Shown: piece by piece, positions 1 through 11,102 of the stretch
How the letters are laid out: the number at the start of each line of letters is the position of its first letter
Numbering within the stretch: the stretch's first letter is position 1
Source of the DNA: Gemmatimonadales bacterium
Lineage (GTDB): Bacteria > Gemmatimonadota > Gemmatimonadetes > Gemmatimonadales > GWC2-71-9
Reading direction: 5' to 3'
Assembly: GCA_965249575.1 (NCBI GenBank)
Contig: OZ252244.1
Coordinates: 1,216,001-1,280,000 of the forward strand
DNA: 64,000 nt
The notes under the pieces: generated by a model
Seen by the model: only the letters and a program-made list of their open reading frames with translations
Databases searched by the model: none
Told to the model about the DNA's origin: nothing
Program-made: the position numbers and the translations under genes

Positions 1-2
1 AC

Positions 3-575
3 TTCCCAGCACAGCGACACATCGCGGTGGCTGAGCTCACGATCGAGCGCGCTCGGCGGCGGGTGGAGCTTGGGGAAGAAGTGGTCTTGATTCTCGACTC
101 GATCACCCGCCTTGCGCGAGCTTACAACACCGTCGAGCGGGGCAGTGGCCGTACACTCAGCGGAGGGCTCGATGCCACTTCCATGGAGAAGCCAAAGCGG
201 TTCCTCGGAAGCGCGCGAAAAATCGCTCCTGCCCAGGGCGGGGGAGCGCTCACCATCATCGGAACCGCCCTGGTCGACACCGGCTCCCGAATGGACCAGG
301 TGATCTACGAGGAATTCAAGGGCACAGGGAACAGCGAGCTGGTCCTCAACCGCGAGATCGCCGACCGTCGCCTCTTTCCGGCCATCGACCTCAACGCGAG
401 CGCGACACGCCGAGAGGAGCTCTTGCTGTCGCCAGACGCGCTCCACGCGTCGGGCCTCATTCGCCGGAGGCTGGCAAACCTGTCACCACCCGAAGCCATG
501 AGCGAGCTCCTCACCATGATGAAGCAGCATAAGAGCCTATCGGAGTTCATCTCGGAGGTGAATGATAGGGAGTAG
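3..575 (+). CDS. rho: Transcription termination factor Rho, C-terminal part (5' end outside window); fairly divergent, possibly a paralog
   Basis: LDSITRLARAYN, LSGGLD..PKRF, TALVDTGSRMD.VIYEEFKGTGNSE and FPAID..S.TRREELL are Rho motifs. Confidence 0.92.
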   Translation, partial: FPAQRHIAVAELTIERARRRVELGEEVVLILDSITRLARAYNTVERGSGRTLSGGLDATSMEKPKRFLGSARKIAPAQGGGALTIIGTALVDTGSRMDQVIYEEFKGTGNSELVLNREIADRRLFPAIDLNASATRREELLLSPDALHASGLIRRRLANLSPPEAMSELLTMMKQHKSLSEFISEVNDRE

Positions 576-665
576 GATGTAGGGCGTAGTTGTAGTCAGC
601 GGGGATGGGGGGGGAGGACTTCCTAATCCCCAGTCCCTCACCTCTAGTCCCTAACCCCCACTACC
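576..665. repeat. G-rich/C-rich imperfect intergenic hairpin with ~7-nt periodicity
   Basis: gtaggatgtagggcgtagttgtagtc...ggggatggggggg followed by ctaatccccagtccctcacctctagtccctaacccccactac. Confidence 0.4.
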
Positions 666-1964
666 GTGTCGATACGCCAGCCGGACGACCCAAAAGCCAT
701 TGCCGCCTGGGCTCTCTACGACTGGGCCAACTCCCCGTTCACCACTCTAGTCGTGACATTCATCTATGCGACTTACTTCACGAGGGCCATGGCCCCGGAC
801 GAGATCCTCGGCACTGCCTGGTGGTCGCGTGGCGTGTCGTTGAGCGCCTTTGTGGTTGCCCTGGTGTCCCCAGTGCTCGGTACGCTCGCCGACCGCGGAG
901 GGCTGCGCCGCCCGATGATGCTGGCCGCGACGTTCGCGTGCATCGCGGCAACGGCATCGCTGACCTACGTCGCTCCGAACACTCCCAACGCCGTACTGCT
1001 CTCGCTGACCCTCTTCATCCTAGCCAACATCGGTTTCGAGTTTGGGATGGTCTTCTACAATTCTCTGCTCCCTACGGTTGCTTCTCCAGCCAAGATCGGC
1101 AGGGTGTCGGGCTACGGATGGGGACTTGGATACGTCGGGGGACTCGTCTGCCTCATCATTGCGCTCGCAGGATTCGTTCAGCCTGAGATCCCCTGGTTCG
1201 GCGTCAGCAAGGAGAACGGATTCAACATTCGCGCAACCAATCTGCTGGTTGCCGTCTGGTTCGCCGTCTTCAGCATCCCAATGTTTCTGCTAATGCGCGG
1301 GGAGCGTCGTGAAACCACACGCGTGGATGTGCTCGGCGCCTTCGGAGATCTGTGGCGGGTGCTCCAGCAGATTCGCCGATACAGGGAGGCGGCCAAGTTC
1401 CTGCTCGCGCGGCTCATTTACAATGACGGGCTAATCACGATATTCGCGTTCGGCGGAATCTACGCGGGCGGCACCTTCGGCTTGGATTTCGCGCAGATAC
1501 TCATGTTTGGAATCGTCATTAACATCGCCGCGGGAATTGGGGCATTCGCGTTTGGATTCGTCGACGACCGGATCGGCGGCAAGAGCACGGTCCTTGTCAG
1601 CATCACTGCCCTCACGATCGCGACCGGCATCGCGGTCTGGGCTCCGAGCACAGCGTGGCTCTGGACCGCCGGCATCATGATCGGCACCTTCGCGGGCCCA
1701 GTTCAGTCGGCCAGCCGCTCGCTCATGGGTAGGTTCGTACCCCCTGATCGCCAAACGGAGTTCTTTGGTTTCTACGCGCTCTCAGGAAAGTTCACCGCAT
1801 TCTTGGGCCCGCTGATCCTCGGTGCTGTCACTCTGACTTTCAACAGCCAGCGCGCAGGCGTCGGAACGCTGCTGGTGTTCTTCGTCGTCGGCGGCCTCTT
1901 GCTCACTCGGGTGGACGAGAAGGCGGGGGCTGAGGCGAGTGAGCGACCGGCGATTAGTGACTAG
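666..1964 (+). CDS. MFS transporter (UMF1/ATG22-like)
   Basis: AWALYDWANSPF N-terminus, ~12 hydrophobic helices, QSASRSLMGR and EFFGFYALSGK. Confidence 0.88.
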   Translation: MSIRQPDDPKAIAAWALYDWANSPFTTLVVTFIYATYFTRAMAPDEILGTAWWSRGVSLSAFVVALVSPVLGTLADRGGLRRPMMLAATFACIAATASLTYVAPNTPNAVLLSLTLFILANIGFEFGMVFYNSLLPTVASPAKIGRVSGYGWGLGYVGGLVCLIIALAGFVQPEIPWFGVSKENGFNIRATNLLVAVWFAVFSIPMFLLMRGERRETTRVDVLGAFGDLWRVLQQIRRYREAAKFLLARLIYNDGLITIFAFGGIYAGGTFGLDFAQILMFGIVINIAAGIGAFAFGFVDDRIGGKSTVLVSITALTIATGIAVWAPSTAWLWTAGIMIGTFAGPVQSASRSLMGRFVPPDRQTEFFGFYALSGKFTAFLGPLILGAVTLTFNSQRAGVGTLLVFFVVGGLLLTRVDEKAGAEASERPAISD

Positions 1965-2025
1965 CGATCGGCGACTAGAGACATCCGGAGGACTGGGTAT
2001 TGGATCGGCGGGGGGCGGAGAGGGA

Positions 2026-2829
2026 GTGGGTGAAGCCGGTGGCCCAGGAGATCACCGGCCGGTCGCACTGATTACCGGTGCCTCTAGCGGCATCGGGGAA
2101 TCACTGGCGCACCAGTTCGCGCGGGGTGGTTATGATCTTGTACTGGTTGCACGCCGGGGGGCGCGGCTGCACGACCTGAGCACGGCGCTTGCACGTTCGA
2201 ACGGCGCGCGCGCGGCCGTGATCGTAGCTGACCTCGCCGATCCAGCGACCCCGTCGACGATCGTCTCCCGAACCCAGGACCTGGGAATCGAGCTCGACGC
2301 GTTGGTCAACAATGCCGGCTATGGCGTGCAGGGAGCATTCGCGGCCACGCCGGAGCGCGCGGAGTTGGACATGGTTCGCGTGAATGTCACTGCCCTTGTC
2401 CACCTGACAAAGCTCTTCTTGCCAGCAATGATTCGAAGGAGACGAGGCAAGATATTGAACGTTGCGTCCGCTGCCGCCTACTTCCCCGGGCCCTTCATGG
2501 CCGGGTACGACGCAAGCAAGGCCTTCGTGCTCGCGTTCTCGCAGTCGCTTTCCGAGGAAGTCCGGGGGACCGGGGTTTCGGTTACCGCGCTCTGCCCCGG
2601 GTCCACCGCTACAGAGTTCAGCCATATCGCGCGGAACCGGGAGAGCGGCCTCAGGCGCCTCCCTATGAGCGCCGAATCGGTAGCGCGAGCCGGGTACAAC
2701 GGGCTCATGGCTGGGAAGTCCGTCGTCATACCCGGTATCGGTTACCGCCTGGCGATATTCGGCAATCGGTTCCTCCCTTCACGTCTGATCGCAGCGGGCG
2801 TAGGCTGGTTGAATCGCGCGAAGGTGTAA
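2026..2829 (+). CDS. Short-chain dehydrogenase/reductase (start uncertain: 1939, 1957 or 2026)
   Basis: ALITGASSGIG, LVNNAGYG and YDASKA (YxxxK) motifs. Confidence 0.88.
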   Translation: MGEAGGPGDHRPVALITGASSGIGESLAHQFARGGYDLVLVARRGARLHDLSTALARSNGARAAVIVADLADPATPSTIVSRTQDLGIELDALVNNAGYGVQGAFAATPERAELDMVRVNVTALVHLTKLFLPAMIRRRRGKILNVASAAAYFPGPFMAGYDASKAFVLAFSQSLSEEVRGTGVSVTALCPGSTATEFSHIARNRESGLRRLPMSAESVARAGYNGLMAGKSVVIPGIGYRLAIFGNRFLPSRLIAAGVGWLNRAKV

Positions 2830-2858
2830 GAGGGGAGGCCCCGCCCTACACCACCCCA

Positions 2859-2951
2859 CCGAGTGAGGAGTCATAAGCAGGCCCCCAGCCCACGACCGAC
2901 GGCGGAGGAAGGGTGGCGGGGTGGCCTCCTTACTGCTCACTCCTCACTCGG
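2859..2951. repeat. Intergenic repeat copy 1 with 13-bp perfect inverted ends
   Basis: ccgagtgaggagt (2859-2871) / actcctcactcgg (2939-2951); 29-nt core shared with 35171-35199. Confidence 0.7.
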
Positions 2952-2979
2952 CGGAGCAAGGTGAAGTGGGGCTCGCGTC

Positions 2980-4345
2980 TTAGCTCACCGGCCTCGGCGC
3001 TCCCTCCGGTCCGCTGTCCCAATCCTGAGCGCTGGAGATGTTCGGCATGCCCCACTGATGGCCGTTCCAGCCGTCAAACCCGTCCATCTTGAAAGCCCAC
3101 AGGCCCGATCCGAGGCCGCTGATCATGATCAGACCATCCGCGTTCCGTATGTCCACGCCCCACACGCCCTTGAACATGCCCTCCCTGCTGGCGTCCGGTA
3201 CGTCGGGCATTTCGTATGTATCGTAGTAGCCTACGGTGTAGGGGTTGGTGGGATCCATCATGTTGAACACCTGGAGCCCATCCCGATATCCAGAGACGAA
3301 TACATACGGCCACCGGACCTCGTGATTATGCACCAGCCTGGACCAATGGGTAGTCCACGCCCCGATCGGCCGGCTGATCGTCTTGACCTCGCCGTCCAGC
3401 CCCGGCTTTAGATCGAAAATCCGAAGCGGCGCATAGCGATATTCCATTTCCGCGACGGCGTAGCGCCCGTCGGGCGTCGGCGTGAACGTATGAGCGACGT
3501 CACTGCCACCAAAGCCCGTTACACTCGTCAACAACTTCGGGCTCTCTACCTCGGTCACATCGAACACGTACAATCCGTTCAGCCCGGCCGTAGAACTTGT
3601 CCTAGTGCGTCGCCGGATCGTACCCCACGTAGTAATCGTGGTACCCCGCCCACCGGTATTCCACCGTGGTTGGGCGGGGAACCTCCGCCACCCGGCCCTG
3701 TTCCCCATCAACGACTTTCTCCAGATCGTACACATATGCGCTGGTCGCCGAGAGGAGTGCCCCGAACAACAGCGGGCGGCCACTCGAGTGTTTATACGCA
3801 AAGATGTTGTGAAAACCACCCGGCACCTCGGGAGCCCGGATCCGCGCCACCTCCCGGACCGTGGAGGAATCAGGAAGCTCCGTCACATCGAAAACGATCG
3901 CTCCGAGATCGTAGTCAGGGCTCCCCGCCTGAAACTGAAACGACTGGATGTAATAGTACCGACCGCGATGCTTGAAATACTTGCCGTCCGGTGCATTCCC
4001 CGTGTGAAGCTCCGGGTCCTCGATCAACCAGGAGTATACGACCCTTGGATTCTCAAGATCGTTCAGGCTCACGATGCTCAGGCCGGCAGGCGCCCGGGGT
4101 CCGCGTCTCTCAGAGGGCGCGGGATTACCTCGACCGACGTACACGTAGGGGCGTGAAAGCTCCTGCTCGATCTCGACGTCCGTGCCTCCTCCCAGCAGGT
4201 GGGAGATAATGCGGATGTTCTCACTCCCCTGCTCTCCCGGGAGTGGATGGAGTTCCTGGCCTCGCAGGTCGTTCGCCGTCACGAGCCATCCCATCACGGC
4301 GGCCAATGCTATCACGAGCCACCGCCGACCTCCTTCTAGTTCCAT
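2980..4345 (-). pseudogene. His-motif beta-propeller paralog 1 (subfamily A), disrupted
   Basis: Signal peptide and family motifs split over ORFs 3602-4363 and 2980-3819. TAG at 3602-3604 replaces the conserved Gln, followed by a frameshift at ~3585. Confidence 0.8.
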
Positions 4346-4392
4346 CCAGTCACCTCTTTCCACCGACAGGCGCCGTTACTCCCGCATTCGTG

Positions 4393-5751
4393 TTAACTCA
4401 CCGGTGTGGGCGCCCCGTCGGGACCATTGTCCCAGTCTTGGACGCTTGAGATGTTCGGCATGCCCCACTGGTGCCCATTCCAACCGTCGAATCCATCCAT
4501 CTTGAACGCCCAGAAACCGGTGTAGATATCGCTGATCACGATCAAACCATCGGCGTTGCGCACGTCGATGCCAAACGCACCATTAAAGACGTTCTGGCCG
4601 CTCTCCGGATTCTGGGCCCCGCCCCATCCTCGGTTGTGAGGACCGTCGTACGTATCGTAGTATCCCACGGTGTACGGGTTCGTCGGATCCATCATATTGA
4701 ACACGTGGAGGCCATCCTCGTATCCGGACACAAACACGTAGGGCCACCTCACTTCGTGATTGTGCACGAGGTTTCTCCAGTCGGCCGTCCAAGCGCCAAT
4801 GGGACGCGAGATTGCCCGCGCCTCCCCATCCAACCCCGGCTTGAGATCGAAAATGCGCAGCGGCGCGTACTGATACTCGGTCTCGGCAACCGCGTACCGT
4901 CCATCGGGCGTGGGCGTGAAGGTGTGGCCTCGGCTCACGCCGGCGACGCCGGTAATGGAGATCAGGAGTTTCGGCTCCTCCGGCCGGGTCACGTCGAAAA
5001 TGTGGTATCCCCCGGATCCTGGACCGTAGAATTTATCCTGGCGCGTCGCCGGGACGTACCCGACGTAGAAATCGTGGTACCCGCGACTGATTCCCATCGA
5101 GGCTTGGCCCTCGGGTGTCGGCACTCGGCCGATCAGGCCTTGCTGAGCATCGGTGTTCAGGTTGCGGTCCATGTCGTAAATGTTCACAAAGGGGGAAAAT
5201 GTCGTGGCGAACAACAGCGCTCGACCGCCCGAGTGTTTGTATGCGAACACGTTGTGAAATCCACCCGGTGCGTCGGGAGCTCGGATCCAACTCATGATCT
5301 CGATCCCGGACGTGTCGGGGAGTCCCGTGACGTCGGCGACGACCGCCCCGAGATCGGCGTTGGGCCCGCTGGGCCCGAATTGAAACGCCTGAACGGCGTA
5401 GTACCGGCCTCGGGTCTTGAAGTATTTCGAGTCGGTGGCTCCGCGATCGCCGTGCAGCTCCGAGTTCTCTATCCGCCAGGAGTAGATGACCTTCGCGTTC
5501 GCCGGCTGTTTGAGATCGATTATGTCGAATCCCGTGCCGAGCATTGGTGTCATGCGAGAGACATAGGCGTAGGGCCGCGACAGCTCTTGCTCGATCTCCA
5601 TGTCGGCGACGGTGAAGGCTCTTCCGAGCGGGACATGCGAGACGATGTGGACATTCCGGCTCCCCCGGTCTCCCGGGGGGTATTGACCCGGCAACGCACC
5701 GGTCACCCCGACAAGAAGCGCGGCACTAATCACCGTAAGAACGAGGCCCAT
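4393..5751 (-). CDS. Secreted LVIVD-like His-motif beta-propeller paralog 2 (subfamily A)
   Basis: RBS then MGLVL signal peptide; FHNVF, YHDFY, GHTFTPTPDGRY, HNHEVRWPY; tail GHQWGMPNISSVQDWDNGP. Confidence 0.85.
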   Translation of the reverse strand: MGLVLTVISAALLVGVTGALPGQYPPGDRGSRNVHIVSHVPLGRAFTVADMEIEQELSRPYAYVSRMTPMLGTGFDIIDLKQPANAKVIYSWRIENSELHGDRGATDSKYFKTRGRYYAVQAFQFGPSGPNADLGAVVADVTGLPDTSGIEIMSWIRAPDAPGGFHNVFAYKHSGGRALLFATTFSPFVNIYDMDRNLNTDAQQGLIGRVPTPEGQASMGISRGYHDFYVGYVPATRQDKFYGPGSGGYHIFDVTRPEEPKLLISITGVAGVSRGHTFTPTPDGRYAVAETEYQYAPLRIFDLKPGLDGEARAISRPIGAWTADWRNLVHNHEVRWPYVFVSGYEDGLHVFNMMDPTNPYTVGYYDTYDGPHNRGWGGAQNPESGQNVFNGAFGIDVRNADGLIVISDIYTGFWAFKMDGFDGWNGHQWGMPNISSVQDWDNGPDGAPTPVS

Positions 5752-5798
5752 GTTGTTGCTCCCCTTTGAAAACGGTACCACAAGCTCCCGGAGGCGTT

Positions 5799-6373
5799 TT
5801 AGGGAGGTGGCCCCCCGTGGTCGTGTCGCGAGTGTTGCCGGTCCGCGTCGTATCCGCGCAACCGATCGTAGTGTCTTACCTGATGGTCAGACAAGATTCC
5901 CGCCATCTCGAGGTGGGCCCGGAGGTGCACGTATCGCAGCTCCGACCGGAGCGAGCCGATCTGAGTCAAGAGCTCCCGAAGGCCTCGATCGGTCATGGTC
6001 CTGCTCGCGAACGAACCATCCAACTCCCACTCGACGGCGACGATGCGCTTGCCGAGTCGGATAGCCCGAGCCTGCATGCCCTCGAAGACCCGCCGACTCT
6101 CGGCCCGTTGGGCCTCGGAGAGGCCAAGGCTGTCGGCCAAGTCCAGCGCATGCCTCGGGCCGGGATAGGAGTTCAGTTCAGCCGCCAATGCGAAACCCAT
6201 GCCGTCGCCGGCCTGGTAGCGGGCTACCTCGTCGGGTGACAAGGCCTTGATCTCCCGTCCCTGATGGCCAGCGTACGGCGACTCTTGCGCCCTCGCCCGA
6301 GTCGGCGCCATCAATCCGGCGGCCGCCAACGCGACGCCAAATCCGGCCGTACGCGGCGACGGGCTCCGGCCAC
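5799..6373 (-). CDS. Periplasmic Spy/CpxP-like (LTXXQ-type) protein with His-rich tail, possibly metal-binding; start uncertain
   Basis: ARAQ signal site, SPYAG..REIKALS, AAELNSYPGPRH, LGLSEAQ, LSDHQ..HYDRLRGY, C-terminal HSRHDHGG. Confidence 0.65.
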
Positions 6374-6385
6374 GTCGACCCTGAC

Positions 6386-7000
6386 CTAGCGTCCGACCCT
6401 CCACGTCGTGGACGACTCGATATTCTCCCACGCCAGCCTCAAGACCCCTCGGGCTGGCTCACCGGGTTCGACGTCGCGCTCCGGTATGAGCCACACGGTG
6501 AAGCTCTCGAGCGGTTCAGGGAGTGTTCTCGATTCGAGATCGATTCGGGCGACGTCGAGCTGCGGATCGTAGTCCTCGCCCCATTGGTAAGTCTGTCGAT
6601 TGAGGATCAGTTTCCAGCCATCCTCGCTCGGCAGCGTAAACAGGCTATACAGTCCCCGCGGCACGAACGCGCCACCGAGTGTCAGGTCGACATCGGTCTC
6701 GAAGTGGCTCGCTTCATTCGCACCCGTGCGCCACACCTGATCATAAGGGACCAAGCCACCGATGATCTTGCGGTTCCGCCGGTGCGGTTGCCCGTAGTCG
6801 ATGGCGATACGGGCTGGACCGGCAATCGCCGGCGCCGTAGTTGACCACTGGCCAGAAATCATCCGCCCGTTCAACGTGACTTCAACCGTGGCCCGTGTGC
6901 TCAGCGCTGAACGGGGGACGTCTTCTTCTTGTGCGACCAGCTGGCCGCCAAGGACCATCGATGCGCCCATTGTGGCGCCCCATAGGCCTGATCGAATCAT
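6386..7000 (-). CDS. DUF2911 family secreted protein
   Basis: GGAGG RBS, signal peptide, IDYGQP..RNRKIIGGLVPYDQVWRTGANEAS, YSLFTLP, LRLAWEN. Confidence 0.85.
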   Translation of the reverse strand: MIRSGLWGATMGASMVLGGQLVAQEEDVPRSALSTRATVEVTLNGRMISGQWSTTAPAIAGPARIAIDYGQPHRRNRKIIGGLVPYDQVWRTGANEASHFETDVDLTLGGAFVPRGLYSLFTLPSEDGWKLILNRQTYQWGEDYDPQLDVARIDLESRTLPEPLESFTVWLIPERDVEPGEPARGVLRLAWENIESSTTWRVGR

Positions 7001-7047
7001 CGCGGATCCTCCAATGAGAGCTTTGCCAGGAAATCTGAGTACTGTAA

Positions 7048-8421
7048 TCACCGCGGGCGGCCCATCATGCTCACCCTCGCGGTGGTCGCTGCGCCGTCGG
7101 GACCATTGTCCCAGTCCTGTACGCTCGAGATGTTCGGCGTGCCCCACTGATGGCCGTTCCAGCCGTCGAAGCCATCCATCTTGAAAGCCCAGAACCCCGT
7201 ATGAAAATCGCTCACGACGATGAGCCCGTCGGCGTTCCGGACGTCGACGCCGAACGCGCCGCTGGTCACACCCGTACCATCCTCCGCAGTGTCGTCTCCA
7301 CCGAAGCCTCGGTTGTGCGGGCCGTCGTAGGTGTCGTAGTACCCCACGGTATAGGGATTGGTCGGATCCATCATGTTGAAAATGTGCAGTCCATCCTCGT
7401 AACCGGAAACGAATACGTACGGCCAGCGCACCTCGTGGTTGTGGGCCAAGCCCTGCCAGCGTGGCGTCCACGCGCCGATCGGACGTGAAACGGTCGTTAC
7501 CTCACCGTCGAGCCCTGGTTTGAGATCGAACATGCGAAGGGGGGCGTACTGATACTCGTCCTCCGTGACCGCGTAGCGCCCGTCGGGAGTTGGGGTGAAC
7601 GTGTGCGACCAGAACACGCCGGCGTAGCCCGTGATGGACGTGACCAGAGCCGGGTCCTCCGGCCGAGTCACATCGTAGATGTAGTATCCGCTGATTCCGG
7701 CGCCGTAGAACTTGTCCTGACGCGTCGCTGGGTCGTATCCCACATACATGTCGTGGTAGCCCAGCGAAACCTTGGGGCTGGGGTTGGGAACCCTGCCGAT
7801 CAAGGCGCCGGGCACGTCGCCTGACACGAACGTTGCCATGTCGTAAACATTCGCGTACGGCCCAAACACGGTCGTGAATAGGAGCACCCGGCTGTCGGAG
7901 TGTTTGTAAGCGAAAATGTTGTGGAACCCATTGGGTGTGTCCGGGGTGCGGATCCGACCGATCTCCCGGATTCCCGACGTGTCGGGCAGGCTCGTTACGT
8001 CGAAGACGATGGCGCCCACGTCAGCATCCGGTCCGCTTCGACCGAATTGGAACGACTGCACGTCGTAGTATCTGCAGTTCAGCTTGAAGTACTTGTTGTC
8101 CATCCCGCCGTGGCCAGAATGCAAGTCCGCATTCTCGATCCGCCACGTGTAGATCGGCTTGGCGCGAGTTGGATCCTTGAGGTCCATGATGGTGACGCCA
8201 CCGATCTTTGGCATCGCCTGCATTCGCGAGACATACGCATACGGCCGCGACAACTCCTGTTCGATTTCGATGTCCGTGACGGTAAACATGCGCCCCAGCG
8301 GCACGTGCGAAACGATGCGCACGTTTCGACTCCCCTGCTGCCCGGGCGGATACTGCGCACGCGCGTTTGGCGCGAATAAGGCAGCGAGCAGCGCGACGAT
8401 CCAGGACGACCTGCGATACAT
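7048..8421 (-). CDS. His-motif beta-propeller paralog 3 (subfamily A)
   Basis: ARAQYPPG; FHNIF, YHDMY, SHTFTPTPDGRY, HNHEVRW; conserved tail. Confidence 0.85.
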   Translation of the reverse strand: MYRRSSWIVALLAALFAPNARAQYPPGQQGSRNVRIVSHVPLGRMFTVTDIEIEQELSRPYAYVSRMQAMPKIGGVTIMDLKDPTRAKPIYTWRIENADLHSGHGGMDNKYFKLNCRYYDVQSFQFGRSGPDADVGAIVFDVTSLPDTSGIREIGRIRTPDTPNGFHNIFAYKHSDSRVLLFTTVFGPYANVYDMATFVSGDVPGALIGRVPNPSPKVSLGYHDMYVGYDPATRQDKFYGAGISGYYIYDVTRPEDPALVTSITGYAGVFWSHTFTPTPDGRYAVTEDEYQYAPLRMFDLKPGLDGEVTTVSRPIGAWTPRWQGLAHNHEVRWPYVFVSGYEDGLHIFNMMDPTNPYTVGYYDTYDGPHNRGFGGDDTAEDGTGVTSGAFGVDVRNADGLIVVSDFHTGFWAFKMDGFDGWNGHQWGTPNISSVQDWDNGPDGAATTARVSMMGRPR

Positions 8422-8615
8422 TCCGACCACCACGATTGTCGAGGGGGATGATATGCGGCTCCGACCAACTCGCGCGCCGACGGACGTGAGTCGAGCGCCG
8501 TCGATTGCCTACCATCGACAGTGTTGGCGATGGAGCGACGGCTCAGGGTATCTTAGCTGGTACGATATCCCGAGGTCCCAGAAAGCGCCACGGGACCGAT
8601 AAGGGGCTACAGTAT

Positions 8616-10958
8616 ATGATTTTGGCTCTCCTCACCGCCACCCAAACACTTGCCGCTTCCCCGGCTCGTGACCCTCGTGTCTATAGCGGTCGTGACCGGG
8701 CCATCAACGTGCCGGCGCCTCGAATCGACGCCGACATCTCGATTGATGGCGCACTGACTGATTCCGCGTGGAACTCGGCGGCGCTCCTCACCGGGTTCTC
8801 GCAGTACCAGCCCGTGGACGGGCGCGCGGCGGAGGACTCGACCCACGTGCTCGTCTGGTATGCGCCGGCCGGGATCTACTTCGGAGTCAGAGCATTCGAG
8901 AGCCACGGTACCGTCAACCCGACACTGTCGGACCGGGATAGGATCGAGGCCGACGACTACGTCCAGATCCTAATCGACACATTCAACGACCGGCGGCAGG
9001 CCCTGGTGTTCGGTGTCAACCCACTCGGCATCCAGTCGGACGGGGTCCAGAGCGAGGGACAGCAGCATTCACGGACCGCGCTCGTCACCGCCGACCTCAC
9101 GCGCGATTTCGTGTATCGCTCGGCCGGGCGGGTCACGGCCTCCCGGCTATCAGGTCGAGGTACACATCCCCTTCAAGAGCATTAGTTACCAGTCTCCGCG
9201 CGCACAGGACTGGGGGATCAACATTCTGCGGAAGGTGGCGCCATTCAGGATACCTCGACAGCTGGGCCCCGGTGCGTCAGGCGGGGCGCTTCCTTTCTGG
9301 CACAGTCGGGGACACTCCTCGACCTCACCGACCTGCAGCGCGGCCTCGTGGTGGACTTCAATCCGGTGATGACGGGAACGGTAACCGGCGCACCGGAGGT
9401 GACCGGTACCGGCTGGAATTACCAAAGCCCCGATCCGGCGCTGGGCTTCAACGTCCGCCTGGGCGTTCGCACGAACGTCACGCTCGATGGCACTGTCAAC
9501 CCAGACTTCTCCCAGGTGGAGGCCGATGTCGGTCAGATCCTGAGCAACCAACGGTTCGCGCTGTTCTTTCCGGAGAAGCGTCCATTCTTTCTGGAAGGCA
9601 TCGAGAAGTTCGAGACACCCAATCGGCTGATCTACACGCGGCGGATCGTCCAGCCCGTGGCCGGCGCGAAGTTCGCCGGCAAAGTGGGCGACTGGAACGT
9701 GGGACTACTATCCGCCGTCGATGACCAAAGCGCGTCCGAGGCCGGGACGGAGAACCCAATCTTCAACCTTCTGCGCCTCCGGCGTAATTTGGGCGGCCAA
9801 TCCTGGGCTGGAGTCACCTATACCGACAGAATCGAAGGTGGCAACTACAACCGCATGGCTTCTGCCGACATGCGTCTCGTGTTTGCCCGCAACTACTACG
9901 TTCAGCTCCAAGCGGCCGGGAGCTTTGGCCGTACTGGGGGAATCTCTTCGCGCGCACCGCTCTGGGAGGCGATCGTCAATCGGTCGGGTCGCCAGTTCGC
10001 CTTTAGTTACCGCCTGACCGGTATCCATCCCGACTTCGATGCCGAAGGCGGATTCGTCCCCCGGACCGGGGACGTCGCGACCAGCATTTGCCACGGGCTG
10101 AGCTGGTACGGGGGGCGGGGCGCCACCGTCGAGCGTTGGACCACGTCACTCAGGTTCGCGGGATGGTGGAATTACGACGGTTTTTGGGACTTTGAAGATC
10201 CTACCGAGGCCAAGTTCTTCTTTGGAAACGCGTTTACTCTGCGGGGCGGGTGGACCGGGAGCGTCACGCTCGCCTACGAACAGACGCAGTGGGATCCAGA
10301 CCGATACGTGAACTACGCGGTCGAGCGGCTCACGAACGGGGTGTCAGACACAGTTGCCTTCACGGTCCCTGGCAGGGTGAATGATGCGTTCGGCGTACTG
10401 TCGCGCTTCGAGACCCCCGAGTTCGGGCGGTTTTCCGCCAGCTTGCGGATCAACCGCTTTCACGACGTCGGTCACATCGAGGCCACCAGGGTCAACCTGC
10501 TTCGGATCACCGCCGAGGTAAATTGGCGCCCGACCGACAAGCTACGCATCAATCCGCGCTACTCACGGCTCGTACTCGATCGACGCGAGCGCGACGGCAC
10601 CAACTTATCGACGTCGCAGATCCCGCGCCTCAAAATCGAGTACCAGCTCTCGCGGGCAATCTTCCTGCGTTTCGTCGGACAGTACACCAGCGAGAACCAG
10701 GACGGGCTGCGCGACCCCCGCACCGAACAGCGGATCCTCCGGCGCGACAGTTCGAGCGAGCCATACGTCCTGACCGCTCGCGAACTCGAGAACGACTTCC
10801 GCTACGATGTGTTGTTCTCGTATCTGCCGACTCCCGGTACCGTGGTTCTTCTGGGATATGGAAGCAGCCTCGCCGAATCGGAGGCGTTCCGATTCGAAGA
10901 TCTCAGGCGGACGACCGACGCATTCTTCCTAAAGGTGAGCTACTTGTTCAGGCGATGA
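8616..10958 (+). pseudogene. Carbohydrate-binding family 9-like/DUF5916 outer-membrane protein, frameshifted in this sequence
   Basis: IDGALTDSAW, DTFNDRRQA.VFGVNPLGIQSDG, TVNPDFSQVEAD, FFPEKRPFFLEG, C-terminal FFLKVSYLF; frame changes at ~9140-9300. Confidence 0.78.
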
Positions 10959-11102
10959 GCCAACTGGTGGCGAGCGGGCAACGAGGAGCGCCGCGATCGG
11001 GAGATGGTTCTCCCAACCGCGGCGCTCCGTGAGTCCAGGCGTCCCAGCCTCGAACAGCCCCCAGCCCTCGAGCAGCCTCGCGGCCGGCGACCAAGATTCT
11101 GC

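Noticed and set aside
3602..3604. Amber recoding (pyrrolysine or Gln readthrough)
   Set aside because: An adjacent frameshift breaks the gene anyway, and TAG is a normal stop elsewhere in the window.
4471..5769. Long plus-strand ORFs antisense to propeller genes (also 17255, 36539, 47013, 49179)
   Set aside because: These are shadow ORFs expected from high-GC codon bias; they recur only because the sense genes are paralogs.
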